Shown: piece after piece, positions 25,015 through 36,797 of the stretch
Numbering within the stretch: the first letter of the stretch is position 1
Layout: each line of letters begins with the position of its first letter
Origin: Tubulanus polymorphus
Taxonomy: Eukaryota; Animalia; Nemertea
Reading direction: 5' to 3'
Assembly (NCBI RefSeq): GCF_964204645.1
Contig: NC_134030.1
Location: forward strand, 10,437,947 to 10,501,946
DNA length: 64,000 bases
The notes under the pieces: generated by a model
The model's input: the letters and a program-made list of their open reading frames with translations, nothing else
Database searches by the model: none
Told to the model about the DNA's origin: nothing
Made by a program: the position numbers and the translations under genes

Positions 25015-25323
25015 AGCCGCGATCGCACAAACTTTTTTGGCCACTGTTCTCACGAGTGCCAAATGGGCCAGTGCCTGTTTGCCCCGGTCAAATTTGGCTC
25101 GACCAAAAACGAACCAAATTTAGCACGGGACAAATGATTGCGTTTGAATTGCATTTGGTTCCGGAAATTACTCGCTTTGCTTTGTTTGAGCATTGTTCGG
25201 TATCGAGTCAGTGGTTTGTGTGTGAACGCACTCTCTAATTAGGAACGGGCCAAATTTCAAATGAATCGGGCTTGATCCATGCCAATTTGGCCCGGGCCAA
25301 ATCGTCTCCGTGTGATCACGGCT
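25015..25323. mobile_element. MITE with AGCCGCGATC ends; inverted copy at about 63583-63869
   Basis: AGCCGCGATCGCAC ... GTGTGATCACGGCT; 63583 onward is the reverse complement of the 25290-25323 end. Confidence 0.65.
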
Positions 25324-26190
25324 ATTAAGAAGAGTTAATTGGGTTTGAGTCCTTTTCCTTGTTTCAGATAGATAACATGGGCCAGACCTAACTTAAGTAT
25401 AAGTATACAATGTCAAAGATATTGGACACGTGTTCCACAGTTGTGAGTTTGAGTTAACTCTTGAGTTAAGGTTAGTTCATTTTCAATGAGTTAACTCAAA
25501 ACTCTTGACTCAAAACTGTGGAACTGGACCATGTACAGTAAGAAATAACCATTTTCCTATATTTGGTATCTAGCATACTGGTCGTCGGAACTAACATTTG
25601 TGTCAGGCCCCTGTGAGGTACGATGCGGTTCGAGCGTTAAGCCATGAACCTGGCTTCATTTTGTGAAAGGCTTCCTCCCGATACAGATGAAGATAGTGAT
25701 TAGTTAGTTTTTTTCGGTGCTAAATACGAGCGCGGATTTTTAGATTCCGTTAGTCGTAAAAATGCTTATTGTGATATTTACTTCGAGGGTGTGTCGCTCA
25801 GATTATCGTGTGCCCCGGACAAAATATTGAGGACTTTCTAACAGCGCCGTTGCTCCAGCTACGGCAAAATACGTTTGCCTCTGATGGGAAAAGACTTCGG
25901 TCGAGTCGGATCTTTCGGGCCCGTAAAAATGTGTCCGACTTGAGAGACATATCCGAGTTGGATGTTTAGTATATCCTATATCGTGTCACAAAAACAGTTT
26001 TAAAAAACATCCGATTATCAGAGCTGATCGAATCCGACTCGGGCGGAGTCTACTCTGTTTGTGCTACGAGATCCTAGGCGAGTGGAGTCGACTGTTTTTG
26101 AAAATGAACTTATCTTGATCGGGAACCTGGAACTTCGGGCCCTAACGATAGATATTAGATATGTGGCCAGGTTTCACTAGATCGTGATTA

Positions 26191-26569
26191 TAGTAGAACT
26201 TGCTTAATTCGGATTTTTCAATCCGGATTTTCATTTCGTTCTGATGAAATATTCAGTCCGTTTTACCTGGAAACTGGTTCCGAATTTTGAATACACTGTA
26301 ATAGTTTACATGGTTCAACCATGTAGACTCTTAGAGTCAGCCCCCGATATACCGCCCACATCGGTGCAGAACGATTTTGGCGGTATAGAGAGTATGGCGG
26401 TATATTGGGGTGCTTTACTTTGTATTTGTATTGATATGCACATTGAGAAAACCTGGCGGTAGGCGGGATGGCCGTAAATGGGAGGGCGATATATCGGGGT
26501 TGACTGTATTCATAATTCAGAAGAAATCTGGACAGTCCCTAGTCATCCGAATAACGGTGAGTTCTACTG
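26191..26569. mobile_element. Tc1/pogo-type MITE with nested MITE 26334-26506
   Basis: TAGTAGAACTTGCTTAATTCGGAT ... ATCCGAATAACGGTGAGTTCTACTG|TA. Confidence 0.55.
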
Positions 26570-26705
26570 TATTCCATATTTATCGCGTGTACGTTTCAAG
26601 TAGAGCCTCCGGGTTCTTACACAGGCCTTTTAATATGGTTTGGGATAATTTTGTTAATATACACGGCAATTCTTCATTCGCTCATAAGCGATATGAATGT
26701 GTGTG

Positions 26706-26832
<127 letters not shown>

Positions 26833-27114
26833 ACACGCGAACCTTTCTAACTCCAGCTGGCACGGGTATCGTTTATTATCAAGAAATTTGTGATGTTTCA
26901 ATGATTTTGTTTTAGCGTGTTATTCATTAAACTTTGCCGAATTTTATCCGAATGTAAAAAAAAGGAAAATGTCTTATATGCTCCGATATTAATGTGTACT
27001 TACTCATTCAGATGATTGAAAGTCCAATGTATATTTTGCGACGGTCATCGTACATTTCATCTAGAAAACATTTTGTAAATATGTAACCTACATGTATATT
27101 CTTTCTACATATTG

Positions 27115-27128
27115 TATTATTATTATTA

Positions 27129-27171
<43 letters not shown>

Positions 27172-27184
27172 CGATATTATTATT
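27115..27184. repeat. (TAT)n microsatellite
   Basis: Trinucleotide run; source of spurious poly-N and poly-I ORFs. Confidence 0.9.
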
Positions 27185-28445
27185 GATATACAAGCAATAA
27201 ATGAATATAAGCCACCCTTAAAATAATCAATTTGTGTTGGTCGGTCTTTTCGTGCGTTTGACGGTAAGCGTATTAATTTTATCATCGGACGCGATCTCGG
27301 GAATTCTTTAAGTGGCGTTTTACCCATCAAGACAGTTAGAGTCGGATTCCACGTGTTCCAGAAAAAGTCCAGGTGTGCCAGTTGCACAGTCGTGACTTAA
27401 GTCCAAAAGTGGTCTTAAATCTTAAGACCGGTCTTAAGTTGTTAGATTGGCTTTAGAACTAAGTTGGTCTTAAGTCTAAGCCATGACTGTGCAACCAGTC
27501 CCCAGCTAGTACTGGTGAGAGCGGATTACCCATCGGCATACCAGAGATCATTTCGTCAGCAAAAATGGTAAAATAAAAAAAAAATTCTTTTTAGTCTGTG
27601 TTTTCATCACAATTTTTCCGAAAATAAAAAATTGTGATAAGTCTATCTTGTTTTCAATCTTACGACTTGCAAATAATTAGGTTCATCTGAATGGTTAGGT
27701 TCTTGCGGAGTCCTTACGAAGTTTTGCATGGAAAATGCTCAAATAATAATAAAAAAGTGTTTCCTGTTCCCTTCCTTTTTAAAACGCTTATCACAGAAAA
27801 AGAATTATGTTTATTTTGCTTTTTCCCTTCGCTCTCCTTTCATTTCTTGAAAAAAAATCCATACTCCAAGAAATCTAAAGGGGCCTTATCAATGAGAAAA
27901 TATCAAATCTGCTGCGGACAAACCCGAAGGCCCGTTTATAATTCCACAGTGAAAGGATCAAATAAGCTTAATCCCACTCTCAAATTCAAGTTGTTAAAAA
28001 GACCGGTTTCCGGATGCTGTGGTTTTATAATGCCACGCAGTTAACGCGACGATGCGTATGCACCGCCCCTTTATAACACCTTGATGAAAATCTGCACGGT
28101 AGAGAATATGTTTGGCCTTGATGCCGGGATGTGAATTGCCGTTCCTATCATTAAACTGCCATTAAAGCGCGTATAATTTGATTAGATTGAGATCGCATGC
28201 TTTCCGAATCGAGAATGTTTCATTACACATAGCGACCGGATATACATCATACTGTACAGTACATTGGCTGTCGTTTCCATTTCAATGAATCAAAATCCTA
28301 CTATTAAAAAGAAAATGACCTAATAATGTAATAATGATCTTAACCCCTTAGTTTTTCCGAATGTCGAAGGCAGCCGACAAAATAAACCCCCCTCCCATGA
28401 TTGTTCAGGCTTCATGGAAGAACGACCTTGAACCTATATACAAGC

Positions 28446-28822
28446 ATCTCTGATTCTACATGTTCTAAGAACAAATTAGCAAGAAAATTCTCAACATTTT
28501 GTTAATTTAATGTTCATGAAGATGACTTTTAGGTTATAGTCGAAACGTCGAATCAATAATAACATCGGACTTCACCTTTCGTTTTATCAGTGTGGGATAC
28601 TCTACTTTATATACATTTATCTCTGATTCTACATGTTTTGAGAACAAATTAGCAAGAAATATCTCAACATTTTGTTAATTTAATATTCCTGAAGATGACT
28701 TTTAGGTTATAGTCGAAACGTCGAATGAATAAAAACATCAGCTATATAGGATATTTTTCGGACTTCCTTTCCGGACCTTTCGTTTTATCAGTGTGGGATA
28801 CTCTACTTAATATACTTTTTAT
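28446..28822 (+). mobile_element. Tandem dimer (173-bp period) of hammerhead-containing repeat, retrozyme-like
   Basis: The unit ATCTCTGATTCTACATG...GAAGATGACTTTTAGGTTATAGTCGAAACGTCGAAT...GTGTGGGATACTCTACTT starts at 28446 and again at 28619. Confidence 0.75.
28684..28727 (+). ncRNA. Minimal type I hammerhead ribozyme motif (intact core with stem I)
   Basis: UAUUC-CUGAAGA-U-GACU-(10 nt)-AGUC-GAAA-CG-UC^GAAUG. Stem I is UAUUC/GAAUG and cleavage is predicted after 28722. The upstream copy (28511-28554) has C3->A. Confidence 0.72.
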
Positions 28823-31013
28823 TTATATCTCTACTTCGATTTCCGTTTTCAAAATCAAACCCTCCTGTTTCGCTCTCGGCAGGTACACGACGATTAAACA
28901 TAAAACGAAATCAATCAATCAAATCAAAAAGGGAGAAACGAAGAAATTTTATTCAGTTGCTCGCCTCATTATTCATTTGATCTATATCAGATTTCCACAG
29001 GAAACCCTAGCACCCACCGACTTCTAATAAATCAGTAATTGTACCATATATGAATAGATTTCTAGAATACTTTTATGATGATATGAAATGGTTTATATTC
29101 ACGTGAAATTTTTATATAATTAATGAATGAATAAAAATACATTGGAAATGTGATAATATTAAATGTTCAAATTAATTTATCCGCCAATAAAGTATAATGA
29201 AAAATAGGGTCTCTTTAGAATGTACGTACTTAGTGGACGAGAGATATCCAACATTACGCCAAACAGTGATAATATTAGATTCCAGTTACCCAATATCATC
29301 CCACTCCAAGATTCACACGATTTTATATAATCGAATCTTCGTCGCTAAAATCTAGCGACTATCTCAGCATTTTGCAATTGAAGGCAGATCAACAATTGAT
29401 GCGGGAGGGGTCTTTCAAAATGTACGCACGGGGGTCAATAAAATATGTACAAGGTGGTACAAGTGGAGGGAGGGTCTAAAAAACGGCAAAATTGACCGTT
29501 ACAACCAAAACGTCGAAAGGTTTTAACGTGCATTAATACAACAAATTTACGATGACAAATGGATTTACACATCTTAGAAATAAGAGGTACATTTTTCGGA
29601 CTACGTATTGACTACGTATTGAAAATTGTTATTTCCTCGTCCATTAGTTTTTTTGGTGTTTGCAGTCAAACTCAGTTGTCATCTTAGCCGTTATCAATAC
29701 ATTGCTGACTATCCAAATGATGACTTAATTCATACGTTTAGTATGTAACCCTGAAAATTCTTCGATTGGAAAAATAGATTGATTGTGATGATTTCTGTGC
29801 ATTGCATCGACCTATCCAATAACGACAATAACCGACTTCGACTGTTAATTCAAAACAAAACACGGTGCCCGTTTGGAAATTCCGGATGTTGTTTATGCTG
29901 CACATTTGAAACAATATCCCCGCCGAACTTCCACGAATGAAGACTTTCCGATGGTAGAAATGAAAATCGGTAGAAATGAAAATGGATATGACGTATATCA
30001 TGCGATTTTTATACGCTATTTGGATTCTAATGATAGGTGTTAATGTGCAATATGCCTTTTAACTCGCACAGATCTATAGCGTCGACTCTTGAACGACGCG
30101 CTGCTACACGCGTAGAGCTATTTTATTAAAAATTTGACACTTTAACGACGACCTGAATTGTTTCCTGACATCTTAGCGACGATTCATCGATCAAAAGCCA
30201 ATAAGAGCCGCCACATTGGTATCGATACACAGCGGCAAGTCGACCAGAAGTCATCAATTCATAGTTTCACTGCAAAATTCTAACCACGCGAATTTTTCTA
30301 CCAGTTTTAATCAGTTTAATCAGAACTTTTCAGATCCTTTTACTGATCATTTTGGCTATTATAATAAATATAAATATATCATAATGATGCATTTCCGAGG
30401 GCATAAGTGGCGCACCCCCTTTTTCAATTTTCTACCGAAGACGTTTTTAGAGAAAATGTTGAAATTGTGAACATTACTTATTTCAACCAGGAAAGTGCTC
30501 AGAATGCATCCAATTTTTCAAAACATTCTGGAGGAGCAGACCCCGCCTCATTATGTAAGTAGTGACCTAAGTAGGTAGTGCGCGGCCCCTTTTCCGAAAA
30601 GCTAGATCCGCCCCTGTTAAAACGAAATCTCCCTTGCTTAAGTGTATAATGACATTTTACTTAGAAGAGATATTAAGCAAAATATGTCAGTCGTAGTAAT
30701 TCAAACAACAAAATAGAAATCCGGTCGATTTTGAACACAGTTTGTGCCTTTTACAACAGCTGTGCAGAGGGAGGTTTGTACTAAAGCATTTCTGCATGAA
30801 AAGGTTTCAATGTTTACATAAGGGTTTCCCCAAATCCAACTGACGAAAACGAAAGTGGCTTTATACGATAAAAAACGAAGAATTAATTTCGTATGCACTA
30901 TGGACGCGAAAGGTGAATGAAATATTGCTCAATGAATTGATACGCGCGTGTCTATCTAATTCTTTCCATTCTTTCGTTAGTCTCTCGGACAAGAGACGTA
31001 CAGAGGCAGAGGT

Positions 31014-31021
31014 TATATAAA
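31014..31021 (+). promoter_or_regulatory. TATA box of the PAN-domain gene
   Basis: TATATAAA about 50 bp upstream of the ATG at 31065. Confidence 0.6.
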
Positions 31022-31064
31022 GGCAGCAGGAACATATCGAACATCATAAAATAACAAATAAAAG

Positions 31065-31095
31065 ATGGTACTAATAGTCGGCTTCATTATAACAG
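31065..31095 (+). CDS. PAN-domain protein exon 1 (signal peptide)
   Basis: aaagATG MVLIVGFIIT+G|gtacgt. Confidence 0.75.
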
Positions 31096-32034
31096 GTACG
31101 TGGGACGCTAGAAATTATCTTGGTAGAATTCGCTCGAGAATGAGGTAATCTAATGATGATCTCGGTCAACGTATGGCCACCGCTGGTTCGTTAGGATATC
31201 TCTGCACATAATTTACAAATGACCCGCGCGTTCATACATCGGACATCGTTTACGGTCGTTTCTATTGGTTAGTAGTGACCTGTACAGATATTGCAGTGGC
31301 GTCACTTAATTCGATGGTTTGATACCACAGGTAGCGTTCAAAACGTACGTGCCTCTGCAAGGGGGTGGGGAGGGTAGATTTTGGTAAAAACGCAGTGCAG
31401 GGGGTAGTTACGTGCCTATGGGGTATAGATCGATCTGTATGTTTATGATTGATGAACTAAACTCAAAAGAAATGCGTATTTGTGTTATTCAAAAAATCAA
31501 AAAGTCAATAAAGATAAAATATTTTGCTTTATTCTATATTGGGATCATTGTTTCATAACACATACCGGTATGCATTAAGTAAATATGAAGGGCGCTCCTG
31601 TACAGCCTTATGGCTCTAGGTGTGTCCTTCACATCCAATGTATATTAGATCTAAATGTAAATCTGATGTTATCTGAAGTGAAATAAATTCTTCCATCTAT
31701 TGTATTTTGTACCAACAGTTCATAACTTACTTGACGGGGTGGGATATTCGCATACCTATAAGAGGGGGTCAGGATTTCGATACAAAGGTGGTACATGGTT
31801 GACAGGTGGTTCAGAAAATCGGGAAATTTTGAAGTACGTACGTGCTTTTTTGAACGCTCTTACATTGGACTTCATTGACGACCAATATGAACACTGTGAC
31901 GTCACAAGTTCAAATTGGATATATAGCCCATCGTCGCAGAAATCCCCCAATTAAGCTGGAGCCTGTTTTCCATGTATAGATACCAATTCATTCCGAATAA
32001 GTTTTTCACCATTTTCTTACCATTTTCTTTTTAG

Positions 32035-32182
32035 TGGCATGTATTGAAGCGTCACATTGCCAGAAATGTCAATGGGAAGTCGTATCGAAGGGATATTTGA
32101 CAGGTTTGAATGATGCATATTATGGCACCTCTTTGAATATGCCGCGGGAGCAATGCGAGCGGGTCTGCGTGCTGCAGACGAA
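32035..32182 (+). CDS. PAN-domain protein exon 2
   Basis: tttttag|(V)ACIEASHCQKCQWEVVSKGYLTGLNDAYYGTSLNMPREQCERVCVLQT|gtaaga. Confidence 0.85.
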
Positions 32183-32893
32183 GTAAGAATATCAATGAGA
32201 TTTTGATTTCAGTCCAACAGTATCAATCTTATCGTTAATGGTTTCGAAAAAATTATATATGGCGTGCCTTCCGGGGTAGCCACTGAACCGTGCGAAAGAA
32301 TTTCAAACAGCTTACAGTCGATCACATCAAGTATTTTTGATCACATGTATATAGGCCTACCTTTGATTAAGTTTGGAGTCGAATCAGCTGTGGATCACAA
32401 TATCCGTGATAAAACAATTAGTAAAATCCAACAATATGAACTAAAATATTGATCTAAAAAGCTATTTGATATATATGAAATATTTCGGGTGGTTGCTATC
32501 ACCCTTCTTCACGCTAATATGACTTGGAGTCATCTAGCCAATCCAAGCAAGGGGTATCGGCTTTGGCACATTTTTAGTGGCGATCAGTTTAGCAATGAAG
32601 AAGAAAATAAGGATTATAGTTTGTTTTTGTTTACAATGGGTACAGCCACGTTTTTAGGAGTTGCGCTTTGCACTAGTTACTTAGACTTAGGAATAGTTAA
32701 GACATATTTGAGTGTCTAATACCGAATTCACGTAAGGGCCTATACTGCTGACTAACAATTCTCGATGAAAAACCTCGGCCAGACATTACAATCCTTTCTA
32801 GTCCTGGCTTGTGTGATAGAATTTGTATTTCTTTACTGGTAGCTTTGAATGCAATTTCTTAACTGGTAAATCGTATATATCATTTTCAATCAG

Positions 32894-33033
32894 ATTTGCC
32901 TGTCGATCGATGGATTTTCTGACGACGGTGCCGCACGCTTGTTACCTGAGCTCCCATAACCGTCACACAGCACCGACTAAGTATATCACTGACAAGCCCA
33001 CGGATTGGGTATACGTCGAGAGACAGTGTCCAG
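32894..33033 (+). CDS. PAN-domain protein exon 3
   Basis: aatcag|(K)FACRSMDFLTTVPHACYLSSHNRHTAPTKYITDKPTDWVYVERQCP|gtcagt. Confidence 0.88.
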
Positions 33034-33394
33034 GTCAGTATAATCTAAATCTGAAATTAAGCCCTTCGCTTATATTCACGTATCAGACTTTTACAGGAAT
33101 GTAGGACATCCGGTCCTTTTCCTATACGTAAAATTTATATTTATACGTATTTTGTACTGCGTTAAATAATTTCAATAAACTAAACTATGATATAGGTTAG
33201 GAGTACCGTTAAGCAATACCTGTCTCGAGGTGGTACGTAGATAGATCAAAGCATTCCCAGTGGGCGTAGAATCTGTTCATGATATTTGTGGGATCTTGCT
33301 TTGGAAATTAACGAAAGCGCATGTAAAATAACTCAAAATTAATAATAATATTATCATTCATATAACGTATATTTATCATTCTCATATAACGCAG

Positions 33395-33672
33395 GTGACT
33401 TGCGATCGTCATTTTACGATTTGGAACAGGGCAAAAATTTCGAGCAGTCCACTCGCCTTCTGAACACTGCAACGGTAGCGACCCCTAGCGAATGCGCAGT
33501 GCTATGCCTGGGTGAGCAGTACTGCCGTTCGTTCGACGTCAAACCAGCGGAAGTGGAACAGTTGTGTCACTTGTACGGGGATTACGCGACGAGTTTGTCG
33601 AATCTGCGCTCGACTATCGGCGGTTTTTACGGAAGCATGGACAAACGGTTGGAGGATTTCAATCGACCTTGA
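33395..33672 (+). CDS. PAN-domain protein exon 4 (second PAN domain, stop)
   Basis: cgcag|(G)DLRSSFYDLEQG...ECAVLCLGEQYCRSFDV...CHLYG...FNRP-TGA. Confidence 0.88.
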
Positions 33673-34988
33673 CATGTTTACATCATGGATATACTTCGAA
33701 AAAATGCTAGCTATCGCCCGAGAACACGCACTATACGATATAACCCTAAAAATGAGTCCCACAACGCTTATATTGAGTTAACACCATTTATCTGTCCGGT
33801 TTAAATGGATATTTACTTTGAAGATCCTCAACTACACGTTTTTTCAAGTACTTTTGGTTTGGCGTTAAAACATGCAATCGAGAAAAATAATCATACTCTC
33901 GTCGAGAATAATTTCGACGTCGCATAAAGGCTTCATAAAACTTCAACGGACTAAATAGCAGCAATTCCAGCTGGCTCTCCTCGATCGGATCGAGGAGGGG
34001 GATGTAAATGAATGATTACACCTTTCGGCGATTTAGCGAGTTACAAAGACTAACAAATGGAAAAAACTACCGTCGTAAAGAGCTTTTAACTGTGAAGGAC
34101 TGATGTTAACATAAATCTTAACAAAAACTGCTATTGTGCCCGATTGTGTCCAACATGGGACGCGCGGATAATGGAAATGACTTGAACGGGCCGGCACCCT
34201 GCCATCTAGCAAATTATTTCCGTGTGTGAAATCCGATAGCTTTTGTCGGCCGACGTTTTGTGTTTAACAATGTCAAAACATCGCCGAGTGAGCTGATCAT
34301 TAGGGGGTAGGAAACCCCGCGGTTAGCGAGAATGGTAAAAAAGGGTGCACAGCCATCGAAGGGAAAACGTTCTTTAATGTAAGGCCAATCATCGTGGAAA
34401 TGGTTGGTTGGGTTTGACAGCACGCAATCTGCCGACGGATCCCACTCGATTTTTTTCGACTTTGTCGTATCTTTAAATCTGATGAAACCTCTGGTATACT
34501 TTCGTCGAACGATTTCACTTTCATCGACAAATCTATCGGTGGTTTTTAATCTTCAATTCGTATCTGACAAAAGTCACAAACGGACGGAGCTTTCGATTCG
34601 AATTATCGTCGACCCAATTATGGACTCCAGACGCCAGGAATAAAAAGCACAAGAAAAACCCTCAATTATGAATATATGTTTGGTTTTATTTTATGTAGCA
34701 AAGCCGATGGTATAATAGAGAACACTTAAAAATCATTCAAATAAAAATTATGATATGTCGATGACACATAACGCTTAAATCATTGAAGTAAAAATCATGA
34801 TATATAATGGGACAATATTATCTTCTTTTGGAATATTTAAAAACTCGTTTGCATACGTGTTTCTATTGCAAAATATTTCTCGCATTTTCAAGATGGAATT
34901 TTTGCGACCTTCGCTGTCTGGAATCTTTGACGTGTAGTCTTAGTCTTCAATAGTCTTCTTGTACATATGAAATACCGGAAAGCGATAC

Positions 34989-35288
34989 ACACTAACAAAA
35001 CGAAATGAAGATGAAGTCCGAAAAATTTCCTTCAAGCTAATGATTTATTGATTCAGCGTTTCGACTATAACCTAATAGTCATCTTCAGGAAAACTGACAC
35101 GTGTATATATATATATCTCATATTTTATATCACTCACTATTTCCGAAGGTCACTATTAGGATAGAGTCGGAACATTGAATCAATAAATCATTAGCTTGAA
35201 GGAAATTTTCGGACTTCATCTTCATTTCGTTTTGTTAGTTCGGGATTCTCTATTATCGTTACATCACGGAATAGTGTTTCACCAATGG
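34989..35288. mobile_element. Foldback hammerhead-family insertion with degenerate 17-bp TSD
   Basis: Inverted arms surround 35090-35140. The minus core is CTGAAGA-T-GACTA-TTAGGTTA-TAGTC-GAAACGCT (35055-35088). Flanks are ATACCGGAAAGCGATAC / ATACCGAAATGCAATAC. Confidence 0.72.
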
Positions 35289-36161
35289 ATACCGAAATGC
35301 AATACTATAATCGTTTAAAAAAATGTCTGCAGGTAATATCGACACGATATTCGGGTCGGGCGCGGATATCGACGCAACTCGCCGAGATGGCGTCGCCGCA
35401 ACATCCCCTCTGATATATTATTCAGTCTGTCCTTTATACCTGTCGGGATCCTGAAAAAGCTCGGATGGCGCGTATGTTATTACACGCTGCGACATTGAAA
35501 TGAAACGCGACGAAACCCCGCAACGTTTCACCGAATATTGCCAGCTAATTCTATTGATGAAACGGCGTCTCAGCGAGCTTTACTTCACCGACTGCCATGT
35601 TTGCTGGCTAATCTCCTGTGCCTTTGCGTGGACTCCAGTCGGCAAATTAGCAACATTTGCGGCTAATAGTCCAACATTATCCAAATACGCCCGCGGTTTT
35701 TAGGCGCGTTTAGCCGGTGCATGGCTAAGATGCAAAATAGTCAAAGAGACGAATAAACGACGGAAAGACGCTTCCTGTCTGCTAGCCCGATTTCGAGAAA
35801 ATACACGAATGACTCGGCGAATTCATTATCGCGCAACACGCTTCATTTATTCACACAAATATATAATATAATATCAACATAATATACACTAATAAATTCA
35901 CATACGTAAAGTAATCTTAAATGTACAAGTATGTGCAAGTCGAAAGTTAGAATCAGTCTATGATTTTTACAAGATTCATCCTTATACGCACGGGTAAAAT
36001 AGTCATTTTTGTTGATTTTGAAAAAAATGTAACCAAACGAAACAAACAACATTTTAGAAACAGTATCAGGTTCATCGTCACTCGAATTCGTCGCGCTTTT
36101 CTGCTTAGATATCGTTCATTCGATCAGAAAAAGTTCTTAAAAGGCTGATAATGGCGATTCA

Positions 36162-36797
36162 CTACAAACACGACTGCGCCGCGCAAACTGCGCACGGATA
36201 CAGCGGACACGTATGTTGCAGCGGCGGCGATCGCGCGTCGATCTGGCCGTGCTGGATGATGGGCGAGAGTTGCGACGGTTGCTGATGATGGCTGGCCGTC
36301 GTCAAAGCGGGCATCGACGGAACTGCCAGCGACGGGGGCACGTCGAGCACGATTTCGCCGTGGTGCCGCGAGACCCGACTAGTCGACATAGTACCGGTTC
36401 CGATAACGCCGACGTTGGCGGCGAAATACGCCGGACAAACGTCTCGCACTACCTTTTTCATCTCGTCCAACGAGTGCGCTAGCATGAGAATGTAATTTTT
36501 CGCCAGTAGAAGAGTGGCGATTTTCGACAGTTTTCGCACCGAAGGCCCGTGAGCGTACGGCATGACTTCGCGTAGCTCGTCTAAAGCCGAGTTCAGATCG
36601 TGCATCCGTCTGCGCTCTCGACTGTTTATTTTCAATCGCAGCCGCTGCAATTCGTCCTCGCTCAAGCACTTCCCGGAGATGTCGGTCGATTTTCTAAAAG
36701 TTCGATCGGAACTGTCCTTACCGTCGTCCGATGTCGTCTGCTGACCAGTCGGCGACGAATCCTCGCCGCTATCGAAATCATCTTTGATGTTAGACAT
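36162..36797 (-). CDS. OLIG: Olig-family bHLH transcription factor (Olig2/3-like), uninterrupted CDS, 211 aa
   Basis: [66 protein letters not shown] matches the Olig bHLH, with a C-terminal Cys motif (CPLYPCAVC). The first ATG is at 36797 (aaaATGt); the ORF-track start at 36836 is TTG. Confidence 0.93.
   Translation of the reverse strand: MSNIKDDFDSGEDSSPTGQQTTSDDGKDSSDRTFRKSTDISGKCLSEDELQRLRLKINSRERRRMHDLNSALDELREVMPYAHGPSVRKLSKIATLLLAKNYILMLAHSLDEMKKVVRDVCPAYFAANVGVIGTGTMSTSRVSRHHGEIVLDVPPSLAVPSMPALTTASHHQQPSQLSPIIQHGQIDARSPPLQHTCPLYPCAVCAAQSCL

Larger units (their letters stand above)
31065..33672 (+). other. Gene model: small secreted protein with two PAN/apple domains, 4 exons, 198 aa
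   Basis: join(31065..31095,32035..32182,32894..33033,33395..33672). Introns are GT-AG with consistent phases. The protein has a hydrophobic N-terminus and two C-x3-C...C-R-S-x-D...C-x-L patterns. Confidence 0.85.
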
